Below, one piece after another: positions 63,470-64,000 of a DNA stretch of 64,000 bases. Under the pieces are notes generated by a model. That model had not been told where the DNA came from. It ran no database searches and saw nothing but the letters and a program-made list of their open reading frames with translations. The translations under genes and the position numbers were made by a program. Position 1 is the stretch's first letter; every line of letters starts with the position of its first letter. Origin of the DNA: Glaucostegus cemiculus (lineage: Eukaryota); assembly GCA_976551045.1 (NCBI GenBank), contig CDPCPM010000164.1, positions 5,766,001 to 5,830,000 of the forward strand. The letters run 5' to 3'.

Positions 63470-63920
63470 AATAACAAGATAACGTTAGAAATAGAGTAGA
63501 CCCTTTGGCCCTTGATGCTTTCTCCATCTTCAATTTGATCATGCTAATCTTTTACCTCAGCAACACTTTTCTGTACTTGTACCTTATTCCTTGTTTCCCT
63601 TAGTATCTAGAAATCCATCAATCTATGTATGAAATACACTCTGTGATTAAGCCTCCACGGCCCTCTTGGGTTGGGAATTCCGAAGGTTAACTACCCTAAT
63701 TATTTTAAGAACTCTGGTTGTAGATACTCAGCGAGAGAAACATCAGCTCCACTTCTACCATATCATTTTGATAACCAACAGTAATAATTTTGATAGTCTC
63801 AATGAAATTACTTCTTATTCTTTTAAACTCAAAAAGTAAGTACCTGGTATGCTGAAATATTCCTCAGGCAACAAACCTGTCATCCCAGGTATCAATCTAA
63901 TGGACCTTTGATATACTCTA
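63470..63920 (-). mobile_element. Old CR1 3' end
   Basis: ttcaatttgatcatgct...gcctccacggccctcttgggttgggaattcc...catcccaggtatcaatcta. Confidence 0.65.
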
Positions 63921-64000
63921 TTGCATGTTTAGATTAACTTAGGCTTCAATTATAGGAAAAGGATGCCAATTTGGCACCCAAGATGTTTGCACACCATTCC

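Overview
Vertebrate genomic DNA. The repeat complement points to a cartilaginous fish, probably a ray or sawfish (inference). There is no prokaryotic content and no intact protein-coding gene. The window is mostly intronic or intergenic, dense with decayed CR1, L2 and Rex1/Babar LINE fragments, V-domain tRNA SINEs, Deu-domain SINEs, Penelope-like pseudo-LTRs (pLTRs), one solo LTR and TIR elements, many of them nested. About 11.2-22.0 kb is a TE-poor, relatively CpG-retaining island with candidate first exons on the + strand and enhancer-like blocks. It is probably the 5' end of a large unidentified gene. The most notable signal is a dispersed Penelope pLTR family carrying a minimal hammerhead ribozyme. 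It includes one structurally complete copy (23075-23112), a 125-bp copy with a 14-bp target-site duplication (TSD), and fold-back palindromes fused at the ribozyme end. Nearly all ORFs in the supplied track are TE remnants or noise. Repeat boundaries are approximate unless a TSD or TIR is quoted, and family names come from recalled motifs, not database searches.
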